Source of the DNA: an uncultured virus (IMG/VR IMGVR_UViG_2846068587_000001)
Taxonomy: Duplodnaviria > Heunggongvirae > Uroviricota > Caudoviricetes
DNA: 64,000 nucleotides
IMG/VR virus record: IMGVR_UViG_2846068587_000001
Direction: 5' to 3' (one strand)
Part shown: one piece after another, positions 41,839-54,008 of the stretch
How the letters are laid out: each line of letters opens with the position of its first letter
Position numbering within the stretch: the first letter of the stretch is position 1
Notes under the pieces: generated by a model
The model's database searches: none
The model's input: the letters and a program-made list of their open reading frames with translations, nothing else
Told to the model about the DNA's origin: nothing
Translations under genes and position numbers: made by a program

Positions 41839-42837
41839 ATGGACATCGACGACGCAGATATCGCCGGGAAAACACCAGATGAGTTGGAGGCATTACTGGC
41901 GCAGGCCAGTAGTAATGAGGACGAGGCGTCCGCGGGTGAGCGCGAGCCGGAGCCGGAAGCGACACCGAGCGCTGTGCTGCCCGCTGAGGCTGAGGAGTCC
42001 TCGCCCGCGACGGCATCACCAGCCGAGTCGGCGCAGGATGCTGCGCTCGCCGATCCTCCGCCTAAGGTGGTATTGGGGAAGGATGGCGTGCACCAGATCC
42101 CCTACGACGTACTGCAATCCGCTCGGGAGCAAGCCCGGCGCCATGCCGAGGCGGCATATTCCTCTGCCGAGGAGAACGCGGCGCTGAGGCGCACTCTGGC
42201 CTTGTTGCAGCAGCAGGTGAGTCGGGCAGGGATGCAGCCGGCCACCTTGCCGGAAGAGACGCAGATCAGCACTGAGCAGTTAGAGAAAGTGCGGGCGGAT
42301 TTTCCAGATCTGGCGGAGATGTTCGAACAGGTGGTTAACCAGGTGAACTACCTGAATGCGCGGGCGAAGCCGAGCCCCGTTGAGAGCGATGCCGACGTCA
42401 ACCCCGTGCTGGAGGCGATTGCGCGCAATCCCGATCTGGCGCTGTGGTTTGAGCGTGACATCGATCGGCGCGATTTTGCCATCACGGTAGATGAGCGCCT
42501 GAAAACCGATCCTGCCTGGCAAGAGCAAACCCTGGATGCGCGTTTCGCGGAGGCCGTCCGCCGTACCAAGGCCGCGTTTGGTGATAACGACGTGGCTGAG
42601 GCGGCGCCCTCCGGCGAGGCGCTCAAGCAGCAGGCGGAGGCGAAGCTGGCGGCGGTGAAGGCCGCGGTCAGCGCGCCGTCGTCACCCTCGGATGTAGGAC
42701 AGCCGGTCACCCAGTCACCGCAGTCGGTACTGGATAAGGCAGCCAACGCCAGTGAGACAGAGCTGCTCACCATGATGGCGGGGATGAGTGAAAGCCAGAT
42801 TGAGGCGTTGTTGTCACAGGCCGGTGAGGCGTTTTAA
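41839..42837 (+). CDS. Putative scaffolding protein
   Basis: Acidic, helical; immediately upstream of the capsid gene. Confidence 0.65.
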   Translation: MDIDDADIAGKTPDELEALLAQASSNEDEASAGEREPEPEATPSAVLPAEAEESSPATASPAESAQDAALADPPPKVVLGKDGVHQIPYDVLQSAREQARRHAEAAYSSAEENAALRRTLALLQQQVSRAGMQPATLPEETQISTEQLEKVRADFPDLAEMFEQVVNQVNYLNARAKPSPVESDADVNPVLEAIARNPDLALWFERDIDRRDFAITVDERLKTDPAWQEQTLDARFAEAVRRTKAAFGDNDVAEAAPSGEALKQQAEAKLAAVKAAVSAPSSPSDVGQPVTQSPQSVLDKAANASETELLTMMAGMSESQIEALLSQAGEAF

Positions 42838-42854
42838 CCGGAACAGGAAAAACC

Positions 42855-44117
<1,263 letters not shown>

Positions 44118-44172
44118 TCGATTCTCTCTGTGGTGTTAGGCAGGCTACGGCCTGCCATTTTTTTAGGAGCAG

Positions 44173-44577
44173 ATGATGAAAGATATTTATGCCCCCTCCC
44201 TGTCTGACCCGCTCTACCAAGGCGCACAGGGGAATGAATCGGTCGCGGAGAGTCAGGTGGCCATGACGAACTTGGTAACCAATGACCAAATCCATTTGTT
44301 TAACCTCCCTCCGGGGATCCGCATCAATGGATTGCAGATCACGGGGCCGCATTCGGATCCGGGAAAGTCGCTGCAATTCGTTTTGCTGCAACCCCCCTTG
44401 GAGGCGGTGATCTTAAGAACACTGGATATGAGCGCCAATGGGGAACTGTATAGCACTCTGTCGGTTAAACCGGTCACCACCGGTGAATCGGGCGGTGTCG
44501 TGGCATTGCGGATAAAAGCAGGGCCGATCAATATAACCTTTACTGTACTACTGCGTTATACCGTCATCGGATATTAA
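44173..44577 (+). CDS. Putative capsid decoration protein
   Basis: Beta-rich, 134 aa, after the capsid gene. Confidence 0.5.
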   Translation: MMKDIYAPSLSDPLYQGAQGNESVAESQVAMTNLVTNDQIHLFNLPPGIRINGLQITGPHSDPGKSLQFVLLQPPLEAVILRTLDMSANGELYSTLSVKPVTTGESGGVVALRIKAGPINITFTVLLRYTVIGY

Positions 44578-44618
44578 ACAACAGGCCCTGCGGGGCCTTT
44601 CTTTTTTTGGAGCCGAAC

Positions 44619-45083
44619 ATGTCTGAACAGGTTGCAGTGGTTTATATCGGTCCTAAGGCCGTGAAACACGATACGGTGACAGGTAGCCGGATGATCTTCC
44701 CACGTCATCAGCCGGTCACGGTGGCGGCGTCGCTAGCCTACCAGTTATTGGCCTTTCCCAGCGTATTCATTCCCGCTGAGCGGTTGCAGGCGTTTTTAGC
44801 CGCCGAGCAGGCGGAACAACAGCAGGAGCAGCAACAGCGAGAGCGTGATGCGCAGCTGGCGCAGCAACGTCGGGAGGCCGAACAGCAAAGCTTTATGCTG
44901 GAGGTCGAGGGCGAGCGCATCGATATCTCAAAATATACCGTGGCACAACTGAACACCTTTGTGGAGGCACAGGCGTTGATGATCCAGAAAGGTGCGCAGG
45001 AAAAAGCGGATGACTTTCGCGCCCGAGTCCGCGATGCCTACCGTGAAAAACAGCAGCGTGTGAGTGCGGATGAGTCAGATTGA
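44619..45083 (+). CDS. Virion-associated hypothetical protein
   Basis: Late operon; GGAG RBS. Confidence 0.6.
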   Translation: MSEQVAVVYIGPKAVKHDTVTGSRMIFPRHQPVTVAASLAYQLLAFPSVFIPAERLQAFLAAEQAEQQQEQQQRERDAQLAQQRREAEQQSFMLEVEGERIDISKYTVAQLNTFVEAQALMIQKGAQEKADDFRARVRDAYREKQQRVSADESD

Positions 45084-45651
45084 GCTGTTTTTGCCCGCGG
45101 TGCGCCAAGGGATCAGCGGCCCATTGGGCATGATGATGCGTGAGGCGCTGCTACGCGCCGCGATCCGCTTTTGTCGAGAGTCGTTGATCAGTCGGGAGAC
45201 GCTGACCTTCGGCAGCCTTCCGGCGGGGGAGATCGTCGTTTTGACCCCCGCCGAGCCGGAGCAGATCATGAGCCGTCTCTTGTCCGCCACCGCCTGCATT
45301 AATGCACAGAAGGCGGCGCTGTGGCATGGCGATGGCTTCGCCCTGCTGGCGGAGAGTCGCTTACGTCTGGATCGGGCGGTAGACCGCCTGTGGGTCCGGA
45401 TTGCGACGGAGCCCAGCGCCACGGCGGTCACGCTGCCGTCAGTGCTATTGGCCTACCAGGATGCGCTGGCGGCGGGTGCCTTGATGCAGCTCTATATGAT
45501 GCCGGATAAGCCCTGGAGCGATGTGCAGCGGGCGGACTATTACCGGATACGTTTCATCGAGGGGTATCGCGAGGCGTTTCGCAGTAGCAGCGAGGCCGCC
45601 CCGGATGAGACCGGTTTTCATAATCCCCCACGTCGGCACGCGTTTTTTTGA
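45070..45651 (+). CDS. Putative head-tail adaptor
   Basis: AAIRFCRES...GAL..LYMMPDKPWSD motif; position. Confidence 0.55.
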   Translation: MSQIELFLPAVRQGISGPLGMMMREALLRAAIRFCRESLISRETLTFGSLPAGEIVVLTPAEPEQIMSRLLSATACINAQKAALWHGDGFALLAESRLRLDRAVDRLWVRIATEPSATAVTLPSVLLAYQDALAAGALMQLYMMPDKPWSDVQRADYYRIRFIEGYREAFRSSSEAAPDETGFHNPPRRHAFF

Positions 45652-46313
45652 TGACGACCATCGCCGATGTGATTGGCCGGGTGAATACCCAGCTGAAAGA
45701 TACCCTCTGGGCGCGCTGGCCACTGGCTGAGCTGTGCGACTATTTCAACGATGCCCTGTGCGCCATTTTACTGGTGCGTCCTGAAGCCGGTGCCGAGCTG
45801 GCGCACTTGCCCTGTGTTGTCGGAACGCGCCAACAGCTGCCTGCCGGTATTTTCCGCTTATTGGAGATTGTCCGTGTTCATGATGGCCAGGCGTTGTTAC
45901 CCGTTCCGCGCGAGGTGCTGGACAGCCAGTACCCCGATTGGCATCAACTGACCGGCCCCGTAGAGCGCTATTGCTACAGCGATAAAACCCCGTTGATTTA
46001 CTACCTGTTTCCGGGAGCGGCGGAGGCGTTGATGTTGGAGGCGGTGGTGTGCCGCACGCCGACCGCCGTGAGCATTACCACCTTGCAGGATGAGACGGCG
46101 CAACAATCCGTACCGCTTGACCCGGTGTACATCAATCCACTTATCGATTGGATGCTGTATCGCGCTTTCAGTAAAGACAATGAGGGCGGCGCCAATGTGG
46201 CGTTGGCAATGCAGCATTATCACGTCTTTGCCGAGCAGTTGGGTATCAAGCAGCGTAGCGATGCGCTGCTTCGTCAGGCGTTGCGTAATCAGTATCTGGG
46301 AGGTGAGTCTTGA
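45651..46313 (+). CDS. Putative head-tail adaptor/tail tube protein (DUF6682-like)
   Basis: RW...EL.DYFND...RP...GTRQ.LP...[11 protein letters not shown]. Confidence 0.6.
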   Translation: MTTIADVIGRVNTQLKDTLWARWPLAELCDYFNDALCAILLVRPEAGAELAHLPCVVGTRQQLPAGIFRLLEIVRVHDGQALLPVPREVLDSQYPDWHQLTGPVERYCYSDKTPLIYYLFPGAAEALMLEAVVCRTPTAVSITTLQDETAQQSVPLDPVYINPLIDWMLYRAFSKDNEGGANVALAMQHYHVFAEQLGIKQRSDALLRQALRNQYLGGES

Positions 46314-49111
46314 GTATTGTGATTTCCGGGGTATTGCTCGATCCCCTCGGCCAACCGGTCGCCCAGGCTCAGATTACATTAACGGCGACGACGAATAGCC
46401 TGCGTGTATTGCGGGGATTCAGTTGCAGTGTACCGACGGACAGCGCGGGGCGCTATACCTTGGCGTTGGAGGCGGGCAGCTATGCGGTCAGTGTGGCTCA
46501 CCAGGGGCGTAACTTTGTCTATGGCGCGGTGACGATCGACGCGGACTCGGCGCCGTCCTCGTTAAATGTGTTGCTCCAGCAACAGGTGATGGAGCAGCAG
46601 GTGACGCCAGAAGTCATCCTCTATTTTCGTCAAATCCAGCAGGTCGTTGCCGAGGATATGGCGGCGGTACAACAGTTGTCCGAGCAGGCGAATCAGGCGG
46701 CGGCTCAAGCACAGGGCAGTCAACGCGCGGCGGTTGCCGCCGAAAACGCTGCCGCGCAGAGTGCTCAGTCGGCAGCGCGTAGCCAGCAGGCGGCCTCGGC
46801 CGCAGAAAGGATGGCAGGACAAAGTCAACGGGCGGCGCTCTCCTCTGCCGAGGACGCACGGCACAGCGCTCAGGCCGCCGCACAGACGGCGGAGCAGGCG
46901 GCGACCCTGGCGGCCAGCCAGACGGTGACGCAGTTAACCGAGGCGGTCAGGGATGAGCGGGAACAGGTGGCAGATCTACACCGTCAGGTGGAGGAGGCCG
47001 CCGAACGGGGCGAGCAACAGGCACGGCAGGCCACGGCGCAAGCCGATGCTGCGCACGCCAGCCAACAAGCGGCCAGTGCGGCAGCGAGTGTCGCCGAACA
47101 ATCCGCACTTCAAGCGCAGGGTAGCCAGCAGGAGGCGGCCACCTCGGCGGCGCAGTCTCAGCGCAGTGCGCAAACGGCGCAGTCTAGCCAGCGGAGCATG
47201 GCGGTTGCTGCGGATAAAATCGTCAAAAGCGCTCAGACACTGCACAGTGACCAGCAGCATTTCAACAACTTGAGAAAGGATGTCGAATATTGGCAGGATA
47301 GAGCCAGGTGTTGGGCGGATGACGCTAAAATGTACGCCGGCCAGGCCGCAGGGAGTGAATTTGACGCGAGATCCTCTTTGTTCGAGACAAGAGATCTCCG
47401 CGAAAACATCTTAGAGATTGCAGCGGAGATAGACGAGAGTGTGCGGCAGGCAGAGGCTGCCGCGTCACAGGCAGCCGAACGGGCCGCTAGCGAGGCGGCG
47501 ACCCTGGCAGCAGAGCGCGCCGCCGCACAAGCCAGTGAGCAGGCTGCGGCCCAGTTGACGCAGATTTTCAGCGATGACCTTGCGCAAACGCAACAGCATC
47601 AACAGGCGGCTGCCGCCTCAGAGGCTGCGGCACAGCGTGCAGTGAAGAGCGCTGAGGAAATACTAGAGCAGGAACACGCGCGGACAAATGCTGTGTTACA
47701 GCAGGCGAACGAGGCCGCTGAAAATGCAGAGCAGTATGCGCATCAGGCTGAAATATCGCTAGAGGGAGCACGCGAAGCGGCTGAAAATGCGCAAGATTCA
47801 GCCTTACTTGCCCAGTCAGCCAAACAAGATACTGCCCAGTATGTCGCGGAGGTACAGGCGCATACGCGTCAGGTGGTATTATCGGCGCAACAAGTTAAGG
47901 ATGACACCGATACCAGTGTGCAGCTGGCAGAGGAAGTGGCTCAATTAGCGCAGACCACCCGATCTCTGGTGGTGAAAGGCCAGGAGCACGTTGAACGCAT
48001 CGAGCGAGATCTTCAGCTAAATGAGGATAAGGCACCGCTAGCGAGTCCGGCTTTTACCGGGCATCCCACGGCGCCGACGCCGGATAAGTCGGCTGCCGGA
48101 CAAGAGATCGCGACCGCGGCCTTTGTGTTGGCGCAGATAGCGCAGTTGATTAATGCTTCTCCGACGGCGCTGGATACCTTACAGGAGCTGGCCGCAGCGC
48201 TCGGTAACGATCCCAATTTTTCGTCAACGGTGATGACGATGATTGGCCAGAAGCTGGATAAGGCGCAGAACGGGGCTGATATTCCGGATAAGGCCCGTTT
48301 TCTGGAGAATATTAGTATCGTCGAGGCGACGACCTCGCGCAAAGGCATCGTGCAGTTGAGCGACAGTATCAGTAATAACAGCATGAAGGTAGCGGCCACC
48401 GCCAATGCATTACGGCGTACTTATCTGGAAGCGACGCGAGCGGCCAGTACGCGTCAAGTGGGCCGAGTACAGCTTAATGACACCTTAAACAGTATCAGCA
48501 CCACCCAGGCGGCGACGGCCAACGCCGTCAAACGCACTTATGACGAGGCCACCCGCACCGCCAGCTATAGCCAGTATGGGCGGGTACGAGTCTCTAATAA
48601 CACCAGTGATCCAGATACCACACGCGTGCCTACCTCAGATGCATTACGGCGAGTTTACCTGGAGGCCACCCGCTTAGCCACCGTAAACCAAGTCGGTCGG
48701 GTTCAGCTTGAGAATAGTCTCTATAGCAGTAGTACGACACGGGCAGCGACAGCCAAGGTGGTGAAAATTGCATACGCGACTGCCACTATTGAGGCCAGCC
48801 TCGAACGTCCAGGACGGGTGCAGCTCAACGACGATCTTGATAGCTATAAAACCAATCAAGCGGCAACGGCGAATGCCGTCAGGCGAGCCTTTGAAAAGGC
48901 GGCCGATGCGATGACGTTGGCGCAACAAGCTATGGCGCAGATAACGACGTTGTCCCGGCTTCCCGGACCGCCGGGGCCTCCGGGGCCGCAAGGTGAGCCC
49001 GGACCATCAGGTCCACCAGGGCCACAGGGGCCACCTGGCCCTCAAGGTCCTCAAGGTCCTTCAGGCTCTAGTTACTCCAGTTCGGGGGAGCGTCATGGTT
49101 CGATTCGCTAG
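46310..49111 (+). CDS. Tail fibre: prophage fibre N-domain, Ala/Gln coiled coil, fibre repeats, terminal collagen tract
   Basis: [22 protein letters not shown]; about five G.VQL...S...AAT..A repeats; (GXY)11. Confidence 0.9.
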   Translation: MSIVISGVLLDPLGQPVAQAQITLTATTNSLRVLRGFSCSVPTDSAGRYTLALEAGSYAVSVAHQGRNFVYGAVTIDADSAPSSLNVLLQQQVMEQQVTPEVILYFRQIQQVVAEDMAAVQQLSEQANQAAAQAQGSQRAAVAAENAAAQSAQSAARSQQAASAAERMAGQSQRAALSSAEDARHSAQAAAQTAEQAATLAASQTVTQLTEAVRDEREQVADLHRQVEEAAERGEQQARQATAQADAAHASQQAASAAASVAEQSALQAQGSQQEAATSAAQSQRSAQTAQSSQRSMAVAADKIVKSAQTLHSDQQHFNNLRKDVEYWQDRARCWADDAKMYAGQAAGSEFDARSSLFETRDLRENILEIAAEIDESVRQAEAAASQAAERAASEAATLAAERAAAQASEQAAAQLTQIFSDDLAQTQQHQQAAAASEAAAQRAVKSAEEILEQEHARTNAVLQQANEAAENAEQYAHQAEISLEGAREAAENAQDSALLAQSAKQDTAQYVAEVQAHTRQVVLSAQQVKDDTDTSVQLAEEVAQLAQTTRSLVVKGQEHVERIERDLQLNEDKAPLASPAFTGHPTAPTPDKSAAGQEIATAAFVLAQIAQLINASPTALDTLQELAAALGNDPNFSSTVMTMIGQKLDKAQNGADIPDKARFLENISIVEATTSRKGIVQLSDSISNNSMKVAATANALRRTYLEATRAASTRQVGRVQLNDTLNSISTTQAATANAVKRTYDEATRTASYSQYGRVRVSNNTSDPDTTRVPTSDALRRVYLEATRLATVNQVGRVQLENSLYSSSTTRAATAKVVKIAYATATIEASLERPGRVQLNDDLDSYKTNQAATANAVRRAFEKAADAMTLAQQAMAQITTLSRLPGPPGPPGPQGEPGPSGPPGPQGPPGPQGPQGPSGSSYSSSGERHGSIR

Positions 49112-49126
49112 TTCAAGGTTCTGCGC

Positions 49127-50752
49127 GTGGTAATAGATATCCCCCTGATGCGCGGAGAGCGTCCGCGTGTCATTGGCCACCTCTTACCGGAGGCGTGTGC
49201 CACGCAGGCGCGTAATTGCCATTTTCGTCATGGCGTGATTTCGCCCTTGAGGGAAGATCTGGAAACCTCCATTACACTGCCGATCACTCCGCGCACCCTG
49301 TTCCATTACCGGGATGACTTCTGGTTCACCTGGCCGCGACGGGTCGATGCCATACATAGCCCGGTGGCACAGGATCAATACGGCCGCGTCTATTTTACCG
49401 ATGGTCAGGCTCCCCAGGTGACCAGTGCATCGATCGCCACGCGGGGGCAAGGGCGTTACCCCGCAGCCAGTTATCGCTTGGGCGTCCCCGCACCGCCATC
49501 CCCGCCACAGATTGGGGAGATTTGTTATCCCGAGGGGGAGGAGTTGAATGATCCGCTGGATGACGAAACCCGGTTCTATGTCGAGACCTATGTGACCGCC
49601 TATGGCGAAGAGGGACCACCGGGGCCGGTCTCGCACGAGGTGACCATCCCTTATCCTGGCAGCCGGGTAACGTTACAGCTTGCCGCGTTGGTCGCGCAGA
49701 ATCACAACATTAGTCGCCGGCGGCTCTACCGTTCGGTCACCGGCGGCGGTGTGGCGGATTATCTGTTGGTCGCCGAATTAGATATCGCTCAGACCACGTA
49801 TGAGGATGCGCTGCCGTCGGCGGTCTTGGGTGGGGTACTGGAAACCTATGATTACCTGATGCCGCCGGACAATATGGTGGGACTGTGCCTGATGGCGAAT
49901 GGCATAGCCGCCGGTTTCGCCGGGAATGAAGTGCTGTTTTCGGCGGCTTACCTACCCTATGCCTGGCCGAACGCCTACCGGCAGAGTACCGAGCATGACA
50001 TCGTGGCGATGGCGGCGTTGGGCACATCGTTGGTGGTGACGACGCAAGGTTATCCCTATCTGTTTAGCGGGGTATCGCCGGGTAGCATGACCAGCAGTAA
50101 GCTGCCGATTTTGCAGGCCTGTAGCAGTGCGGATAGCCTGGTTGAGATGGATGGTTTCGTGCTGTATGCCTCGGTCAATGGCTTGGTGTCTGTTGATCAC
50201 CAAGGCAATGCGCGGCTCGCGACGGAGGGGATTATCGATCCCCGCCAGTGGCGTCGCCAGTTTCGGCCAGAGACGATACGTGCCTGGTCGGTGGAGGGGG
50301 AGTATTTCGCCCATTACCAAAATGCGCAGCAGCGGCGCGCCGGTTTTATTTTTGATCCTCAGGCGATGGACTTGCGCCATACCGATAGCGTTTTTGACTG
50401 TGCGGCCCGGCAGCTGGCGAGCGACCAGTGCTATATCGCCCGCCAACAACGGCTGTACCAACTCCAGCAGGGAACGCATCCCCGCGCCATGTACTGGTGC
50501 TCTAAGGTTTTCCTGGCACCGGCGAATACGGCTTTTTCCTGCCTACGGGTATTGAGTCCACAACCGTTACAGGTGGGGATCCACCTTATCATCGATGACG
50601 CGATCGCCTTTAGCTTACCGCCCGGTACGTTGACGGAGCCGGTGGTGAAGTTACCGCCGCTCACGGGACGGCGCTGGCAGATCGCCTGTTATGGTACGGC
50701 GCAGGTCGATCGCCTGACGCTCAGCACCTCTATGGCCAGGTTGCCCGCATGA
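49127..50752 (+). CDS. Tail tubular/nozzle-like protein
   Basis: YVETYVTAYGEEGPP, PYAWP..Y; position after the fibre gene. Confidence 0.6.
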   Translation: MVIDIPLMRGERPRVIGHLLPEACATQARNCHFRHGVISPLREDLETSITLPITPRTLFHYRDDFWFTWPRRVDAIHSPVAQDQYGRVYFTDGQAPQVTSASIATRGQGRYPAASYRLGVPAPPSPPQIGEICYPEGEELNDPLDDETRFYVETYVTAYGEEGPPGPVSHEVTIPYPGSRVTLQLAALVAQNHNISRRRLYRSVTGGGVADYLLVAELDIAQTTYEDALPSAVLGGVLETYDYLMPPDNMVGLCLMANGIAAGFAGNEVLFSAAYLPYAWPNAYRQSTEHDIVAMAALGTSLVVTTQGYPYLFSGVSPGSMTSSKLPILQACSSADSLVEMDGFVLYASVNGLVSVDHQGNARLATEGIIDPRQWRRQFRPETIRAWSVEGEYFAHYQNAQQRRAGFIFDPQAMDLRHTDSVFDCAARQLASDQCYIARQQRLYQLQQGTHPRAMYWCSKVFLAPANTAFSCLRVLSPQPLQVGIHLIIDDAIAFSLPPGTLTEPVVKLPPLTGRRWQIACYGTAQVDRLTLSTSMARLPA

Positions 50753-52317
50753 ATAAACGGCGAGCCTTTCGGGCCGGACGTAACCTAGAGGCGGTATATG
50801 AAAACATCGAGCTGATAACCGGCCAACGTGGTGATGGTCAGGATCGCGCCATTACGGCCCGTGATTTGGTGGCATTGGGACTCGCGCGCTTGGGGCGCGC
50901 ACCAGGCGGGCAGTTTCAACCGTTGCCGGGCGTGGATCCGGGGATTATTTCCCGTGACGGTGTAACGGGTGGCTTTGGTCAGGTCGATTTTCCGCCACCA
51001 CCCGAGGCGTTGCAGGCGCATGGGGGCTTTAGTGCGGTACTGCTGGAATGGAAAATCCCGCGTTACCGAGGCCATGCGTTAACGGAGATTTACCGCCATA
51101 GCGAAGATAATCTGGCCGATGCCGTTCTCGTGGCGACCTCGGTTTCGACGCTGTATGGCGACCCTGTCGATCCAGGGTGGCAAGGCTTCTACTGGGTCCG
51201 CTTCGTCAACATCGCGGGGGTGGCAGGGCCATTCAATGCGAGCGCGGGGACGCCCGCCCAAACCAGCCCTGAGATAGGTGTGGTGGTGTCGCTGATTGAG
51301 CGTGAGATTAATGACTCTCCCTTGATATCGGAATTAGCCGCTGAACTGGAAAACGGTCAACAGGCACTGATTGAAACAGGTGAGCGCCTAACTACCGTTG
51401 ATCGCGATGGTAGCCAGGCTTTCCAGGCCCTATGGAGCCAGAAAAGTCGCGTTGGTGAGATTAGCGCTGGTATCGGCATCGTCGCAGGCAGCGATGCGCA
51501 AGGGAATCCCTTGAGTCAGGTGGCGATTGCCGCCAATCAGTTTTTTGTCTTTGACCCCAATAATCCCAACGATGACGGCACCTACGCGTTCCCCTTTGTC
51601 GTGGATGGGACGAGTGGCCGGGTCATCATGGCGAAGGCGGCGATAGAGCAGGCGACGATCCAGATTTTACAGGCACAACGTATTGTGGCGGATGAGGTCA
51701 AGGCTGGGATTTCGCTCAGTGCGCCCCAGATCACCGGCGCGCAGATTTTTGCTTCCGCCATCACCAGTTTAGGGAATCCTCCTCGCTTCGCCTTGACGCC
51801 CGATGGGGGGCTGTTTGCGCGTCAGGCGGATATCAGTGGTCACATCAATGCTACCAGTGGCCGTCTGAGTCGCGTCACCATCGATGAGACATGCGATGTC
51901 AAAGAGATCCGCGCCGAAACCATCAAGGGCGATATCGTCAAGGTCATCACGCTGAGACTTGGCATGCCGTTGCAGATCAGTGCCGCCCCCTTTGATCGCC
52001 TACTGTTTGCCATGCCAGTGGCGGCCCATGGTACGACCTCGACCAGTACCACCAGTTCAGGGAGGGAGGGGCGAGATAGAACTAGTACCAGCTACTCTGG
52101 GACGCGAATAGGCATCAACATCAATGGCCGAGAGGTGGTGGTTGCTGACCAATTTGGCTCAGGGGTCGATGTAGGGACGGCTATCGAATCCATCCCCGCT
52201 GCAACGAATATTACGCTGGAGTTGTGGGTTGAAAAGAGGAATGGCAATTCTACGCGACGTTATACCGATGACCAGACTATCTCAATGACGCTCAATTGCC
52301 TGCTGTACAAGGCTTAA
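50749..52317 (+). CDS. Tail tip / host-specificity protein (J C-terminal-like)
   Basis: FN3-like YWVRFVN..G..GPF; AGIGI...SQVAIAANQF...PFVV. Confidence 0.7.
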   Translation: MNKRRAFRAGRNLEAVYENIELITGQRGDGQDRAITARDLVALGLARLGRAPGGQFQPLPGVDPGIISRDGVTGGFGQVDFPPPPEALQAHGGFSAVLLEWKIPRYRGHALTEIYRHSEDNLADAVLVATSVSTLYGDPVDPGWQGFYWVRFVNIAGVAGPFNASAGTPAQTSPEIGVVVSLIEREINDSPLISELAAELENGQQALIETGERLTTVDRDGSQAFQALWSQKSRVGEISAGIGIVAGSDAQGNPLSQVAIAANQFFVFDPNNPNDDGTYAFPFVVDGTSGRVIMAKAAIEQATIQILQAQRIVADEVKAGISLSAPQITGAQIFASAITSLGNPPRFALTPDGGLFARQADISGHINATSGRLSRVTIDETCDVKEIRAETIKGDIVKVITLRLGMPLQISAAPFDRLLFAMPVAAHGTTSTSTTSSGREGRDRTSTSYSGTRIGININGREVVVADQFGSGVDVGTAIESIPAATNITLELWVEKRNGNSTRRYTDDQTISMTLNCLLYKA

Positions 52318-52359
52318 GTCTAACCGGCGCATAAACGGCTGGAGCCCGAAGGCATAGTG

Positions 52360-52731
52360 ATGAAACCGACCCTCGATGCGCGCATTCGACGTGCCGCCGC
52401 CGCTGATGGCGGCCAAGAGCTGATCGATGAGATTAATCAGGCTTGCCGTCAGGGACGGGCGTTTTGTATCGGATCGGCGCAGGTGCGCATCGTACTGCGT
52501 TTACGCTTTCGGGATGGCGAGCCCTATGTGGTGGTCTGGTTGGCCGCCAGCACGTTACACGATGGGGTGCGGCGTTATACCCCACTGATCCAGGCAATGA
52601 CGCGCCAGGTCGGCGGCCGTTGGGCGGAGTTTGCCACGCGGCGCCGGGGATTTCTTCGCTTGGCTCGGCGGTTGGGTTTTGAGCCCCTGGCCGAGGAAGA
52701 GGGGTTGTTACGCTTTAAAATTCCGCTTTGA
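52360..52731 (+). CDS. Hypothetical protein (GNAT-like fold possible)
   Basis: F.TRRRGF.RLARRLGF motif; position. Confidence 0.5.
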   Translation: MKPTLDARIRRAAAADGGQELIDEINQACRQGRAFCIGSAQVRIVLRLRFRDGEPYVVVWLAASTLHDGVRRYTPLIQAMTRQVGGRWAEFATRRRGFLRLARRLGFEPLAEEEGLLRFKIPL

Positions 52732-52741
52732 GGAGACGGTC

Positions 52742-53317
52742 ATGGGTAAAGGCGGTAGTCGTGAAATTAAGGAGACCTCGCAGGAAAAGGCGGCGGCGGA
52801 GGTCGCGATGGCGCAGTGGAAGCTCTACCAACAAGAGTTGAGCCCCTTTGAAAATCTGTTTATGCGTCAGGTGGATGAGCTGGATAAGGAGAGCCAATAC
52901 ACACAGCGGGCGGGAGAGGCCAACCTAGGGTATCAACAGGCGTTCGGCCATGCTCGCCAGCAGACGGCGGATAGCTTGCTGGCGACGGGAACCGATCCGG
53001 GCAGCGGTAAGTTTCAATCTGCGTTGCAGAACAACACGAGCGATCAACTGGTGGGGCAGATCGATACCCGCAACCGGGCGCAGAGTAGCCAGCAAGATCG
53101 TTATATTGCTGGCCTGCAAGATGTGGCGGCCATCGGTGGCGGGCAGAAGGCGCTCGCGCTGAGCGGCTTTAACGATATTGCCGATGTGGCGCAGAAGCGT
53201 GCCGCCAACGATGCCTATCGTCATCTCAATGATCAACTGGCGTTAGGCGGTGCCGTCGGCACCGGACTCGGCATGGCGACGCGTTTCTATGGCATGCCGA
53301 ATAAAGAGAGAACGTAG
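52742..53317 (+). CDS. Putative internal virion/ejection protein
   Basis: MGKGGS start, Gln/Ala-rich, Gly-rich hydrophobic tail. Confidence 0.6.
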   Translation: MGKGGSREIKETSQEKAAAEVAMAQWKLYQQELSPFENLFMRQVDELDKESQYTQRAGEANLGYQQAFGHARQQTADSLLATGTDPGSGKFQSALQNNTSDQLVGQIDTRNRAQSSQQDRYIAGLQDVAAIGGGQKALALSGFNDIADVAQKRAANDAYRHLNDQLALGGAVGTGLGMATRFYGMPNKERT

Positions 53318-53353
53318 CGATGTGACGCGAGCGCGTCGCGAGAGGAGACGCAC

Positions 53354-53734
53354 ATGGGATGGGCATCCGATACCTTTGCCGATCTGACCCGCCAGCAATA
53401 TCAGGATTGGCGAGAGCGGTTTTACCCACGGCTGAAAACCTTGATGGAGCAGGCCTCAGGGGAGGCGTTGCTGGACCGCCAGCTTGGCCGGGCGGATTGG
53501 AATACACAGAATTCATTGCGTTCGGCGTTGAGTGCGCAGACCAACCAGATGGCACGCTATGGCACACCGCTCGGGCAGGAGGCGCAAGATCATCGTCTTG
53601 GCCTGCGAACGGCCTTGGCCCATGCGGGTGCCAAGAACGGGATCCGTGAGGCGGCGCGCTCGCGTCAGTTCGCTATCTTGACCGGCGGAGCATCGGGCAT
53701 TCGGGAGCAGGTGAGCGTGGGAGGAGACCGATAA
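53354..53734 (+). CDS. Putative internal virion protein
   Basis: GAGGAG RBS; late operon. Confidence 0.6.
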   Translation: MGWASDTFADLTRQQYQDWRERFYPRLKTLMEQASGEALLDRQLGRADWNTQNSLRSALSAQTNQMARYGTPLGQEAQDHRLGLRTALAHAGAKNGIREAARSRQFAILTGGASGIREQVSVGGDR

Positions 53735-53735
53735 C

Positions 53736-53996
53736 ATGGGATATGGATTGATTGACGTGGGCGCACAGACTCGGAGTCAGGCGCTGCAAGGGCTCAGGCA
53801 GAGCGCCGAGCGTGAGGAGCAGCGCAATATGCTCAATAAACAGATACGCCAGCAGCGTCAGGCCGGAAGGATGACGGCGACGGGAACGGCCGCCGGGCTG
53901 GGGGCGGCGCTAGGCATGGGCACCAGCGTTGGCGGGCCGGTAGGCGCGGTGATCGGCGGCGTATTGGGACTGTTGGCCTCAAGTTTATTTTCCTGA
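53736..53996 (+). CDS. Putative ejection protein with glycine zipper
   Basis: GLGAALGMG...GPVGAVIGGVLG. Confidence 0.6.
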   Translation: MGYGLIDVGAQTRSQALQGLRQSAEREEQRNMLNKQIRQQRQAGRMTATGTAAGLGAALGMGTSVGGPVGAVIGGVLGLLASSLFS

Positions 53997-54008
53997 CGGG
54001 AGGGCACG

